Shown here: positions 40,554 to 51,101 of the stretch, one piece after another
Layout: each line of letters starts with the position of its first letter
How positions within the stretch are numbered: position 1 is the stretch's first letter
Notes under the pieces: model-generated
The model's input: the letters and a program-made list of their open reading frames with translations, nothing else
Databases searched by the model: none
Told to the model about the DNA's origin: nothing
Program-made: the position numbers and the translations under genes
DNA from: Candidatus Latescibacterota bacterium
GTDB lineage: Bacteria; Latescibacterota; CBDEFO01
Length of the DNA stretch: 64,000 nucleotides
Assembly (NCBI GenBank): GCA_965248755.1
Contig: OZ252149.1
Location: forward strand, 3,991,540 to 4,055,539
Reading direction: 5' to 3'

Positions 40554-41996
40554 ATGAATAAAGATAAGAATCAAGTTCACAGTATGCTCAAAGACGTATA
40601 TTACTCATTGATAATTACGTGTCTTCTCTTTGGCCGCCATTTCTTAATAATTAGCACACCGCGTAATGCATTTTACTATGGCCAAACATTAGAGGATTTT
40701 ATTTCCGTTTGCGTCTACTTTTTCTTGGTTTTTTTAATTATCTCTTTCGTCTTTTTGTCAGTAAGAAAGTTTTTCCCAAAGCAATATAGGAAGATTGTAT
40801 TTGCTACTTTATATATATCAATACTTCCCCTGTTGGATTTTATATTTTTAAATGTTTCTTCTCCTAAACCTAGATCTGAATTTGGTTGGTTTATATATCC
40901 TTTTGTCATATTTGCTTATATTCCAGTAATTATTTTAATTTCTTTTAAATATCAAATAGAGAAATATGGGGATAGGATTATCAAGATACTTCCATTTATT
41001 TGCATATTAATTATATATCACGTGATACCACGATCATTTAGTAAGAACGTTGTAGAGAATGAGTTTATTCCTCCAAGCAAACCTTCTATACCTATACATT
41101 TGATTATTTTTGATGGAACATCTTATGACGTTCTTAATGACCAAGATCTAAAACATTTATTTCCAAACCTTAATAGACTTTTTGCTAATGATAGTTTTGT
41201 TTTTGAAGATGCACATTCACCAGGGAGACGAACAACACTGTCAGTGCCTGCGTTATTGACAGGGATAGAATATGATCGATATCGCGAAGAAAATTTACAA
41301 TTTCTTATTGCCCAATCCGAAGATCAAGATTACAAAAAGTTACCGATAGAAGGTTCATTATTTCAAATTTCGAAGTCAAATGGGTACAACAATGTTTTGA
41401 TCGGGTCTTATTTTCCGTATTGTAGTTTATTTGGAAAATATTTGACTTATGGAAGGTCATTCTCATCTTATTCAAGATTTTCTCAATTATTACCAGGGCC
41501 ATTTACCTATCTGCTTTATATAGGCCCTCTTTATCATAGAGATATCAATCTAAACACGTTTAACCAATATTTATCAAGGATCGATTCATCACCACAGAAT
41601 ACATTTTTCTTGATTCACTTTCCTATTCCCCATGAACCTTTCATTTTTGATTCTCAGGGATTCGTAGACCAATATGGGGAAGTGATTTTTAAAGGGTCAG
41701 CATATACACACAAAGAAAAATATGTGAAACAGCTAATGTTTGTTGATAAAAAAGCAGGAGAAATAGTTAAGAAACTAAAGGATAATAACATGTATGACAG
41801 GAGTATGATTATCATTACTTCGGACCATAACTTTAGAGGATATAACTATGATATGACAAAAATACCTTTGTTTATTAAAGCTCCATTTCAAAAACGTCAA
41901 CATCTTGTAAAAGAGAAAGTCAATACAATAAATCTTAAAAAGTTTCTATCTTCATTCTTTGAATCAAATATTGTCGATATAAGGAAATTAGAATAA
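40554..41996 (+). CDS. Membrane-anchored sulfatase/alkaline-phosphatase-fold protein (LtaS/EptA-like architecture)
   Basis: About 5 N-terminal TMs, LIIFDG, SPGRRTTLSVPALLTG, HFPIPHEPF, IITSDH. Confidence 0.75.
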   Translation: MNKDKNQVHSMLKDVYYSLIITCLLFGRHFLIISTPRNAFYYGQTLEDFISVCVYFFLVFLIISFVFLSVRKFFPKQYRKIVFATLYISILPLLDFIFLNVSSPKPRSEFGWFIYPFVIFAYIPVIILISFKYQIEKYGDRIIKILPFICILIIYHVIPRSFSKNVVENEFIPPSKPSIPIHLIIFDGTSYDVLNDQDLKHLFPNLNRLFANDSFVFEDAHSPGRRTTLSVPALLTGIEYDRYREENLQFLIAQSEDQDYKKLPIEGSLFQISKSNGYNNVLIGSYFPYCSLFGKYLTYGRSFSSYSRFSQLLPGPFTYLLYIGPLYHRDINLNTFNQYLSRIDSSPQNTFFLIHFPIPHEPFIFDSQGFVDQYGEVIFKGSAYTHKEKYVKQLMFVDKKAGEIVKKLKDNNMYDRSMIIITSDHNFRGYNYDMTKIPLFIKAPFQKRQHLVKEKVNTINLKKFLSSFFESNIVDIRKLE

Positions 41997-42584
41997 AAAG
42001 AGGGACTCTTCTCCAAATTTAGTAGTAGAGGTTTGATGCTTACCAGAGCTTTCGGGATCTTCATTCATGGGATAGCACCTGCAAGAGAATACGTGATATA
42101 CTGAACGGATTGGCTGGAGCGGCTTAAAAGGAGAATAGACATAATTAATGATGCTTGAGACGAATAAGAGCAAACTGATAGATATGAGGGACTTCCAGTC
42201 TAAATCGTTCAAAGGTATATACGAGGAAATGTTGCAGATTCACCAACGATTTCAACCCGCTTGGCTTAGGCTGATGCTTAAAACTGAAACTTTGCGGTCA
42301 AGGCTTCGGCACAGAATAGAACTTGTCGGGACTCGGAGATGGGAGTATGCGTGGGGAATACTGAGCGCTGATCTTGAGGATGGACTGCGTGTATTGGATG
42401 CTGGATGCGGGGGATCTCCATTCCTGATATACCTTGCAAAGAGGGAATATGAATGTTTCGGCATAGACCCCGGTAAGGAATGAAAGTATAAGCGAACTCG
42501 GAATCTACAGGTTTATGAGGCGAGAGATTGTATCTGAGATGAGGATTGTGGACGAGCAATCAGAAATGGAGCGTGTCCTATTTC

Positions 42585-43072
42585 TTATAGAAATTAAAAA
42601 CAGATGAATAAAGATAAGAATCAAGTTCACAGTATGCTCAAAGACGTATATTACTCATTGATAATTACGTGTCTTCTCTTTGGCCGCCATTTCTTAATAA
42701 TTAGCACACCGCATAATGCATTTTACTATGGCCAAACATTAGAGGATTTTATTTCCGTTTGCGTCTACTTTTTCTTGGTTTTTTTAATTATCTCTTTCGT
42801 CTTTTTGTCAGTAAGAAAGTTTTTCCCAAAGCAATATAGGAAGATTGTATTTGCTACTTTATATATATCAATACTTCCCCTGTTGGATTTTATATTTTTA
42901 AATGTTTCTTCTCCTAAACCTAGATCTGAATTTGGTTGGTTTATATATCCTTTTGTCATATTTGCTTATATTCCAGTAATTATTCTAATTTCTTTTAAAT
43001 ATCAAATAGAGAAATATGGGGAGAGGATTATCAATATACTTTCATTTATTTGCATATTAATTATATATCACG
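42585..43072 (+). repeat. 488-bp near-identical duplicate of 40535-41022 (5' end of the sulfatase-fold gene)
   Basis: Offset 2050; about five substitutions seen; ends exactly at the IS copy 4 left end. Confidence 0.92.
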
Positions 43073-44360
43073 CATACCGCTCCCCTTGACAGGGCGACAA
43101 ATATTTTGCAAATTGGGGTTTGAGAAAGGAGGTCAAGGTGTCAAGCCCCGAAGTGAAAGATGGTAAGCGCTGGACGGCGACCCGTAAGGTAGAGGTGGTG
43201 TTGGCTGTTTTGAAAGGAGCGAATGTATCAGAGGTGTGTTGGAAGAATGGAATTAGCCAGTCACAGGCGTATGCTTGGCGTGATAGTTTCTTGGAAGGAG
43301 GCCAGGAGAGTCTGAAGTCTCGGCGTGGTCGCAAGGATGCGAAGGAGCGGGAGGTCAGCCGGTTGGAGCGTAAGGTAGGGCACTTAACCCTCCAGTTGGA
43401 GATACTCGAGGAGGTAGCCCGTCTAAAAAAAACGAAGCGGTTGCCTTGAGTGGGCGGTTTTTGGGTCGAGGCTATTCCCGGAAGGTGGTAGCTTTGGCTT
43501 TGGGTTTGCATCGTTCGACTCTGTGTAGGCTTAGGTATAGAGGTGTCAGTTCTTCTGTCGAAGAGTCTGTGATAGATGAACAGCTTGCTTTTCGTATTCG
43601 AGGGATACTCGACCAAGAAGAGGCATTTGGTCACAGGCGGGTTTGGGCGCATCTTCGTTTCAAGGAAGGGGCATATGTCAACATCAAGAAGGTTCATAGG
43701 ATAATGAAGCTTAAGGGGTGGCAGTGTAAGCTGTGGAATCCCCGATAGAATCAATCGGGGACCCCGGGAGAAAGGGGCCACAGGTTGCCCAGAAGCGTTC
43801 TGTGATGGATCGTCCTGACAGTCTCTGGTCGGCTGACTTGACCAAGATCTATTGTGGGGAAGATGGTTGGTGTCCTCTTATTGCGGTGGTGGACAACGGG
43901 AGTCGGGAGGTTCCCCGGGTATCGTTTTAGTCGAAAAGGGAGGGCACTGGAGGCCACAGATGCCCTGGATCGGGCCGTGATCTCTCGATACACTTCCTAA
44001 GGAGGCTGTCCCCCAGGGTCTCACTTTGCGCTCTGACAACGGCTCCATCTTTTTGTCTCGGACCTATTTGGCAAGTACCGAATATTGGGACATTCGTCAA
44101 GAATATATTCCGAGCGGAAAGGCCGATTGGAACGGGGTCATAGAACGTTTTTTCAGGACCCTCAAGCAGGAGTGTGTGTGGCTTCACAATTTCAAGTCCT
44201 TTGAACAAGCTGAGAAGATCATATCTCAGTGGATCGATAATTACAACAAGAACTGGCTTCATTCATCTCTGGGATACAAGACCCCGGAAGAGTGGAGAAA
44301 ACAATTTTATCTGCTACCCCAAGTTGCTTAATTGATGTCGCTTTTCTGGGGGGCAGTACA
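43073..44360 (+). mobile_element. IS3-family element copy 4 (1288 bp, diverged variant, orfB inactivated, no TSD)
   Basis: Same termini; net +20 nt at the palindrome insertion (43740) and two +1 insertions near 43915 and 43998. Confidence 0.9.
43740..43760. repeat. 21-bp palindromic element, copy C (inside IS3 orfB)
   Basis: CCCCGATAGAATCAATCGGGG; absent at the same site in the other four IS copies. Confidence 0.9.
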
Positions 44361-44639
44361 CATATCCCAAAAGAAAAATGGTCTGCCTGCATAGAGCAAC
44401 TAATCAGAGTCGTGCGCCCAAGTGGAAAGCTCATAATCACTCTTGATATGTCCTCTGCTGATGTTAATGCATACAAAGACATCATTCGATACAGCAGATT
44501 AAAATTTCCGGTCGATATAGATCATTCAACGCCTGCTAATATCAGACATCCCGATTGGACGTATGAGACTGTCGGTCTGGTTATGACGAAAGAAAAAGAG
44601 TAATAACGTAGCATGATGTCCCCAATAACATAGAAAGGA

Positions 44640-45905
44640 TGTACTGCTTCCCAGGAAAGCGACACCAATTAAGCAACCTGGGGTAGTAGATAAAATTGTT
44701 TTCTCCACTCTTTTGGGGTCTTATATCCCAGGGATGAATGAAGCCTGTTCTTGTTGTAATTATCGATCCACTGAGATATGATCTTCTCAGCCTGTTCAAA
44801 GGATTCAAACTTGTGAAGCCAAACACACTCTTGCTTGAGGGTCCTGAAAAAACGCTCTACAACACCGTTCCAATCGGGTTTACCACTTGGTATGTATTCC
44901 TGACGAATTCCCCAATATTCGGTACTGGCCAAATAGGCCCGAGCCAAAAAGATGGAACCATTGTCAGAGCGCAAAGTGAGACCCTGGGGGACAGCCTCCT
45001 TGGAAGTGTATCGAGAGATCACGGCCCGATCCAGGGCATCTGTGGCCTCCAGTGCCCTCCCTTTTCGACTAAAACGATACCCAGGAACCTCCCGGCTTCC
45101 GTTGTCCACCACCGCAATAAGAGGACACCAACCATCTTTTCCACAGTAAATCTTTGTCAAGTCACTCGACCACAAACTGTCGGGACTATCCACCACAGAA
45201 CGCTTCTGGGCAACCTGTGGCCCCTTTCTCCCGGGACGATTCCACAGCTTACACTGCCACCCCTTAAGCTTCATTATCCTATGAACCTTCTTAACGTTGA
45301 CACATTCCCCTTCCTTGAAACGAAGATGCGCCCAAACCCGCCTGTGACCAAATGCCTCTTCTTGGTCCAGTATCCCTCGAATACGAAAAGCAAGCTCCTC
45401 ATCTATCACAGGCTCTTTAACAGAAGAACTGACACCTCTATCCCTAAACCTATACAGAGTCGAACGATGCAAACCCAAAGCCAAAGCTACCACCTTGCGG
45501 GAATAGCCTCGACCCAAAAACCGCCCACTCAAGGCAACCGCTTCGTTTTTTTTAGACGGGCTACCTCTTCGAGTATCTCCAACTGGAGCGTCAACTGCCC
45601 TACCTTGCGCTCCAACCGGCTAACCTCTCGCTCCTTCGGATCCTTGCGACCACGCCGAGACTTCAGACTCTCCTGGCCCCCTTCTAAGAAACTATCACGC
45701 CAAGCATACGCCTGCGACTGGCTAATTCCATTCTTACGACACACCTCAGATAGATCTGCTCCTCTCAAAAGAGCCAACACAATCTCTCCCTTACGGGTCG
45801 CCGTCCAGCGCTTACCATCTTTCACTTCGGGGCTCGACACCTTGACCTCCCTTCTCAAACCCCAATTTGCGAAATATTTGTCGCTCTGTCAAGGGGAGCG
45901 GTATG
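44640..45905 (-). mobile_element. IS3-family element copy 5 (1266 bp), 4-bp TSD AGGA; orfA 45858-45529, orfB 45532-44669
   Basis: AGGA|TGTACTGC...GAGCGGTATG|AGGA. Confidence 0.95.
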
Positions 45906-45917
45906 AGGACTACATAA

Positions 45918-46928
45918 ATGGACAAAAGCCGTGTGATCATAAGGTCTGTCAAAGATAGAAAGCTGGACGATGTCGTCGAGGAGATTTTGGAGTTTTGTAA
46001 TTGGAGGGATATTGTTTCAAAGGACTCCAAAGTAGTGGTCAAACCGAATTTATGCGCGGCCGACAAGAAAGTAATGCCCGCCGCGAACGTCTCTCCTGAG
46101 CTGGTAGCTTCAGTTTGTAAGATTATAAGTACTAAGACTAAACATATATTCATCGGGGAATCGGACGGAATGCGGCACAAGGCTGAGGAGGCTCTGGAAA
46201 ATTCTGGAATGTATAAGATAGCTGATGAATTGGGTATAAAGACTATAGACTTTTCCAAAGATGAGTTAGTTCCGGTCGACGTTGGGATTCTGGAAGGTTG
46301 GAAGATGTCCAAGACTCTCCTTGAGGCGGATGTGGTGGTGACTTTGCCCACTTTGAAGACCCATGCAAGTTTCGTGTTCACAGGGGCTATGAAGAATCAG
46401 TGGGGCTGTATACCCAGATACGACCGCTGTCTTTTGCACCACCATTTCCACAGGGTAGTCAACGATATAAACCGGCTGTTCAAGCCGCAAATAGCGGTGA
46501 TGGACGGGATTATGGCTATGGAAGGCAGGGGGCCTGCCATGGGGAATCCCGTGAGGATGGATCTGCTTTTGGGATCCAACGATGTTGTAGCCATAGATGC
46601 TACGGCTATGAGGCTGATAGGTTTGGATCCGTACAGCGCCCGTTATATCGCTTTGGCCCAAGAGGAAGGTCTCGGTCAAGTGGCTGACGATACGATAGTC
46701 GTAGATGGTGACTTTGAACGTTTCAAGACTGTATTTAAACCTGGGGAGTACGATTGGGCCTTGAAGACCATGACACTCGTAAATAGGTCATATTTTCTCA
46801 CGCACTATCTTGTTATGGTTGACACGATCTTTTATCCTATAAGGAAAGTAGTAATTATGATGCGCAAGATAGTAGCGGCGGTCAAGAACCTCCGGACGTT
46901 GAGACCGTCCTGGGGAAGCAGGACATAG
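45918..46928 (+). CDS. DUF362 family protein
   Basis: VVVKPNL, IGESDG, LPTLKTH, TGAMKNQWG, DGIMAMEGRGP, DVVAID. Confidence 0.85.
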   Translation: MDKSRVIIRSVKDRKLDDVVEEILEFCNWRDIVSKDSKVVVKPNLCAADKKVMPAANVSPELVASVCKIISTKTKHIFIGESDGMRHKAEEALENSGMYKIADELGIKTIDFSKDELVPVDVGILEGWKMSKTLLEADVVVTLPTLKTHASFVFTGAMKNQWGCIPRYDRCLLHHHFHRVVNDINRLFKPQIAVMDGIMAMEGRGPAMGNPVRMDLLLGSNDVVAIDATAMRLIGLDPYSARYIALAQEEGLGQVADDTIVVDGDFERFKTVFKPGEYDWALKTMTLVNRSYFLTHYLVMVDTIFYPIRKVVIMMRKIVAAVKNLRTLRPSWGSRT

Positions 46929-46958
46929 ATTCTTGCTACGACGGTGTAGGAGAGTGTC

Positions 46959-48164
46959 TTGAAGAAGATACGAATAGCTCAGATTGTCCACAGCCTTACT
47001 CTCGGCGGGGGAATACAACACGTGGTGTATTCCGTAGTCAAAAAGCTGGACAGAAAGAAATATGAGGTTATAGTCTGCTGTATAGCTGGACGAGGAGAAT
47101 TAGCCGATGAGTTAGAAAAGATAGGAATAGAAGTAATTGTGTTGAGCGGAAAGAGTTCTCTCAGTCCCCTTAACGCTCCCAAGAATCTTATGGCGATTTG
47201 GCAGCTGACTAAAACGTTGAGAGATAGAAGAATACAGGTAGTAGAGACGCACGATTTCTATTCGGGGGCTTTGGGCAGAATCGCAGCCCTCTTAGCAAAA
47301 GTTCCTGTTGTTCTCTGGATGATTCACAGCAGGGATAGTTGGAAGGGGAGTGGACACATTGTAGTAGATAGGGTTCTGTCCAGATATACTGACAGGATTA
47401 TTACTAACTCCAAGATGGTCAAGAAGTTTACGTCCAGTTTTGAAAATCTAGAAGCCTGTAGATTTACAGTCATCTATAATGGAGTAGATTTGAGTCTGTT
47501 CGGTAATGGGATTGATCTCGCTGCCGAAAGAAAGGACTTAGGGGTGGAGGGAGCTTCTCCCGTGATCTGTTCAGTTGGGCGTCTCATACCAGAGAAGGGA
47601 TATAGCTATCTGGTTGAGGCTATGTCAGAGGTCGTAAACACATTTCCGAAGGCAAAACTGCTCATTATCGGCGACGACAGCGAGTTTGAAGAGTCCTCAA
47701 AAGGGGTGTTGAAAGATCTCATTCTTGAGTTGAACCTCTCTGACAGCGTGAGTCTTTTAGGGTGGAGGAAGGATGTTCCTCAAATACTTAGCATATCAGA
47801 TATTTTTGTGCTCCCCTCGCTGAGAGAAGGATTCGGATTAGCTATAGCTGAGGCTATGGCAGCCGAAAAACCTGTTATAGCCTGTGACATAGATGCGATA
47901 CCAGAGATAGTAGAAGACGGGAAAGCAGGTATTCTGGTCCCGATTAAAGACTCAGATGCCCTTGCCGGGGCTATTTTATACCTGCTGCGCAATCCTCACA
48001 AGGCAACGCAAATGGGAAATTGGGGAAGAGAAAGAGTAGAGCGATATTTCTCTGATGAAGTTATGGTCAGCAATCGGATGAAACTCTACGATTCTTTGAT
48101 CTCCAAAAGAATAGATAAGTTGAAGAACACGCCCAGCTTTTCAAAGGATACCTACTTTAGATGA
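46959..48164 (+). CDS. GT4 glycosyltransferase
   Basis: GGIQ, IYNGVD, VGRLIPEKG, DIFVLPSLREGFGLAIAEAMA. Confidence 0.92.
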   Translation: MKKIRIAQIVHSLTLGGGIQHVVYSVVKKLDRKKYEVIVCCIAGRGELADELEKIGIEVIVLSGKSSLSPLNAPKNLMAIWQLTKTLRDRRIQVVETHDFYSGALGRIAALLAKVPVVLWMIHSRDSWKGSGHIVVDRVLSRYTDRIITNSKMVKKFTSSFENLEACRFTVIYNGVDLSLFGNGIDLAAERKDLGVEGASPVICSVGRLIPEKGYSYLVEAMSEVVNTFPKAKLLIIGDDSEFEESSKGVLKDLILELNLSDSVSLLGWRKDVPQILSISDIFVLPSLREGFGLAIAEAMAAEKPVIACDIDAIPEIVEDGKAGILVPIKDSDALAGAILYLLRNPHKATQMGNWGRERVERYFSDEVMVSNRMKLYDSLISKRIDKLKNTPSFSKDTYFR

Positions 48165-49150
48165 TAATAACTAGGGCGCCTTTTCGTATTCCGTTAGGAG
48201 GGGGAGGTACAGATCTCCCTTCGTATTACTCCCAATATGGCGGATTTATCCTGAGTGTGGCTATAGACAAGTACGTGTATATCAACCTGAATAGACTTAA
48301 AATAGAGGACTTTATCAGGGTGAAGTACTCCAAGACGGAGTTGGTGAATTCCGCCAGCCAAATAGAACATCCCCTTCTGAGGGAAGCTCTAAAATTAACA
48401 GGGATAGACGGCGGATTGGAGATAGCGTCTATGGCTGACATCCCTGCCGGTACGGGAATGGGATCGTCAGGGAGTTTTCTGGTCTCTATTTTGACTGCTC
48501 TTCACGCCTTCAAAAGGGATCATATCTCGATTCAGGATCTGGCCGAGGAGGCATGCACGATAGAAATAGATATTGTGGGACAGCCTGCAGGTAAGCAGGA
48601 TCAATATGTAGCTGCATTTGGAGGCATAGTCTGCATGGACATCCAGACAGATGGAAAGGTCGAGGTAGGGCAGCTCAGAATCTCTTCTCACGACTTAGAT
48701 GAATTGAAAAATGGCATCCTGTTGTTCTACACGGAAATACTGAGAGAGAGCTTCGATATATTAGGAGAACAAAAGAAGGATACTGACAAGGGCGACAAAA
48801 ACGTACTCGAGAGCCTGCACGTTACAAAGGAGATAGGACAGGAGATCAGAAGCGCTATCCAGAGCGGAGATTTTAAGAGATTCGGCGAACTCTTGGATCT
48901 GCACTGGCAGAACAAGAAGAAGCGTTCGGGGAAAATCTCTGATCCCAGGGTAGACCGGTGGTATCAAATTGCCAAAGACAACGGTGCCCTGGGCGGCAAG
49001 CTTATGGGAGCGGGTGGAGGTGGCTTTTTGATGTTCTACTGTCCCAACGACTGCAAGCGGGATGTGAGAGGGGCTATGGCAGATGAGGGTTTGAGGGAGA
49101 TGAACTTCAACTTCGACTTTGAAGGGGCCAAAGTGCTGGTTAATTTTTAA
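48161..49150 (+). CDS. GHMP sugar kinase (HddA/LmbP-like)
   Basis: TRAPFRIPLGGGGTD, DIPAGTGMGSSG, GKQDQY, GGKLMGAGGGG. Confidence 0.9.
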   Translation: MIITRAPFRIPLGGGGTDLPSYYSQYGGFILSVAIDKYVYINLNRLKIEDFIRVKYSKTELVNSASQIEHPLLREALKLTGIDGGLEIASMADIPAGTGMGSSGSFLVSILTALHAFKRDHISIQDLAEEACTIEIDIVGQPAGKQDQYVAAFGGIVCMDIQTDGKVEVGQLRISSHDLDELKNGILLFYTEILRESFDILGEQKKDTDKGDKNVLESLHVTKEIGQEIRSAIQSGDFKRFGELLDLHWQNKKKRSGKISDPRVDRWYQIAKDNGALGGKLMGAGGGGFLMFYCPNDCKRDVRGAMADEGLREMNFNFDFEGAKVLVNF

Positions 49151-49165
49151 AAGGAGATCAAATAG

Positions 49166-49190
49166 CAGTAGACAGTAGTCAGTAGACAGG
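49166..49190 (+). repeat. Short CAGTAGA heptamer tandem repeat
   Basis: CAGTAGA CAGTAGT CAGTAGA CAGG, intergenic. Confidence 0.65.
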
Positions 49191-49206
49191 GAAAGGCAAG
49201 GATAAG

Positions 49207-49842
49207 ATGATAAACGCCAAGTACATAGATCAGTACTTTGCCGAAATGGAAAGGATAATAGGCTTCCTCAAAATGGAGGACATAGACCGTGCGGTAGAGC
49301 TGTTGTTCCAGGCGTGGCAAGACGATAAGAGTGTCTTTATTATGGGCAATGGAGGCTCTGCCTCGACGGCTACTCATTTTGTGTGTGATCTTGCCAAGGT
49401 GACGGTTGTGGATGGCAAGAAACGATTCAAGGTTGTGGGACTGACGGATAATATCCCACTGGTGAGCGCGTGGACGAACGACAGCGGCTTCGGCAGCATC
49501 TTCGCTGAGCAGCTGGAGCCCTGGCTTGGAGAAGGGGACGTGCTAATCGGTTTGTCTGTGCACGGTGGGTCGGGTGAGGGGGATGCGGGACCATGGTCCC
49601 AGAATCTGGTCAAGGCCATGAGATTAGCCAAAGAACGCGATGCTAAGATCATAGGATTCAGCGGCTTCGGGGGGGGAGCTCTGAAAGAAATGGCGGATGT
49701 CTGCATCGTAGTGCCTATAGATACAGAGCCACTGGGAACACCGCTTGTGGAGTCGTTTCACGTTGCTCTGCATCACTTAGTCTGTACGGCTGTTGTAAGA
49801 AGGATAGAGAGGACACATGAAAAGAGCCGTGTTTCTGGATAG
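49207..49842 (+). CDS. SIS-domain phosphosugar isomerase (GmhA-like)
   Basis: GNGGSASTATHF..D, AWTND, IFAEQ, SQNLVKA, GFGGG, ESFH...H. Confidence 0.88.
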   Translation: MINAKYIDQYFAEMERIIGFLKMEDIDRAVELLFQAWQDDKSVFIMGNGGSASTATHFVCDLAKVTVVDGKKRFKVVGLTDNIPLVSAWTNDSGFGSIFAEQLEPWLGEGDVLIGLSVHGGSGEGDAGPWSQNLVKAMRLAKERDAKIIGFSGFGGGALKEMADVCIVVPIDTEPLGTPLVESFHVALHHLVCTAVVRRIERTHEKSRVSG

Positions 49843-50434
49843 AGACGGCGTTATCAACAGTGTTATCTACAACAGAGATGAGGGAATTAAAGATTCTCCC
49901 GTAAACCCCGATCAGTTTGAAGTACTACCGGGCGTGGGAGAGGCGGTAAGGCTTATAAATCAGATGGAATTTCTGGCCATACTGGTTTCAAACCAGCCGG
50001 GGGTCGCCAAAGGTAAGTTCACACACGAAATCCTAGATGCGATGACGGCTAAGATGGAAGTCGTGCTTGTAAAATCTGATGCTAAGTTAGATGGCATTTA
50101 CTACTGTCTGCATCATCCCAAAGCTCTTTTGGACGAATACCGTGTAGTTTGCGAGTGCCGCAAGCCGAAGCCGGGATTACTTATAAATGGAGCAAAGGAT
50201 TTCGGTGTAGATCTGGAAAGATCTTATATGATCGGGGATCGCATAGTGGATATTCAGGCGGGACAAGATGCTGGTTGTAAGACGCTGTGGATCGGTAAGT
50301 TAGATTCCCAAATGTCCAGATTGATGGAACAGGAGTGCCTAACTCCTGATTTTATAGTTCCCGAGCTGCTCGAAGGTGTAAGATTGATTCAACGAAAGGA
50401 GTTGGAGGATGGAAATATTCCTGGATACAGCTGA
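49817..50434 (+). CDS. Sugar bisphosphate phosphatase (GmhB-like HAD-IIIA)
   Basis: AVFLDRDGVIN, SNQPG, YYCLHHP, CECRKPKPG, MIGD..DI.AG. Confidence 0.9.
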   Translation: MKRAVFLDRDGVINSVIYNRDEGIKDSPVNPDQFEVLPGVGEAVRLINQMEFLAILVSNQPGVAKGKFTHEILDAMTAKMEVVLVKSDAKLDGIYYCLHHPKALLDEYRVVCECRKPKPGLLINGAKDFGVDLERSYMIGDRIVDIQAGQDAGCKTLWIGKLDSQMSRLMEQECLTPDFIVPELLEGVRLIQRKELEDGNIPGYS

Positions 50435-51101
50435 TCTTGATCAGATAAAGGCTTGGCTGGGATACAGAGCCATAGATGGGGTGACGACTAACCCTTCGAT
50501 TATGCTTAAGAAAGGCATCTTTGACCTTGAAGCCGGGGCAAAGGAGATAGCCCAGGTTATGGGTCAACTCCCTGTCTCAGTGGAGGTCACGAGTAATGAT
50601 CCTGAGGAGATGCTGGATCAGGCGAGGGAGATTTCCCAGTGGGCGCCAAATATCGTAGTGAAGATCCCGATCATAAACGAAAATGGGAGGCCCTGCCTGG
50701 ACGTTATCGGGACACTGGAGGATGAGGGGATAAGAGTCAATGTTACGGCCTGTTTGTCCTACGGTCAGGCTATATTGGCGGCAAAGGTCGGAGCTACATA
50801 TGTGAGTATCTTCGCAGGGCGGGTATCCGACGAGGGTCACGACGCCTCCAAGCTCATCAGGATGGTGAGAGACTGGATAGACGACTGGGGATATAAAGCA
50901 AAGATCATAGTCGGGAGCATAAGGGAGGTCATCAACATTCAGGACGCCGCTGCTTCTGGAACTCACGTGATAACTGTACCACCTGAGTTTATGCATAAGT
51001 TAGTAGATCATAAGTTCTCGAGGGCCACGGTGCAGGCCTTTGTCGAGGATGGTCAGAAGGCTCTTGCTATGATGATTGAGCAGATGGTCTCGAAACAGTA
51101 G
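50409..51101 (+). CDS. Small (TalC/FSA-type) transaldolase
   Basis: IFLDTA, GVTTNPS, SVEV, VVKIP (Schiff-base Lys), NVT, YVSIFAGR, GSIR. Confidence 0.9.
   Translation: MEIFLDTADLDQIKAWLGYRAIDGVTTNPSIMLKKGIFDLEAGAKEIAQVMGQLPVSVEVTSNDPEEMLDQAREISQWAPNIVVKIPIINENGRPCLDVIGTLEDEGIRVNVTACLSYGQAILAAKVGATYVSIFAGRVSDEGHDASKLIRMVRDWIDDWGYKAKIIVGSIREVINIQDAAASGTHVITVPPEFMHKLVDHKFSRATVQAFVEDGQKALAMMIEQMVSKQ

Larger units (their letters stand above)
42148..44603 (+). pseudogene. Paralog of the 16001-16816 methyltransferase, split by a duplicated segment plus IS3 copy 4
   Basis: 5' part KSKLIDMRDFQSKSFK..RRWEY..VLDAGCGGSP; 3' part (44361-44603) HIPKEKWSACIEQLIRVVRP..VMTKEKE. Confidence 0.85.
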
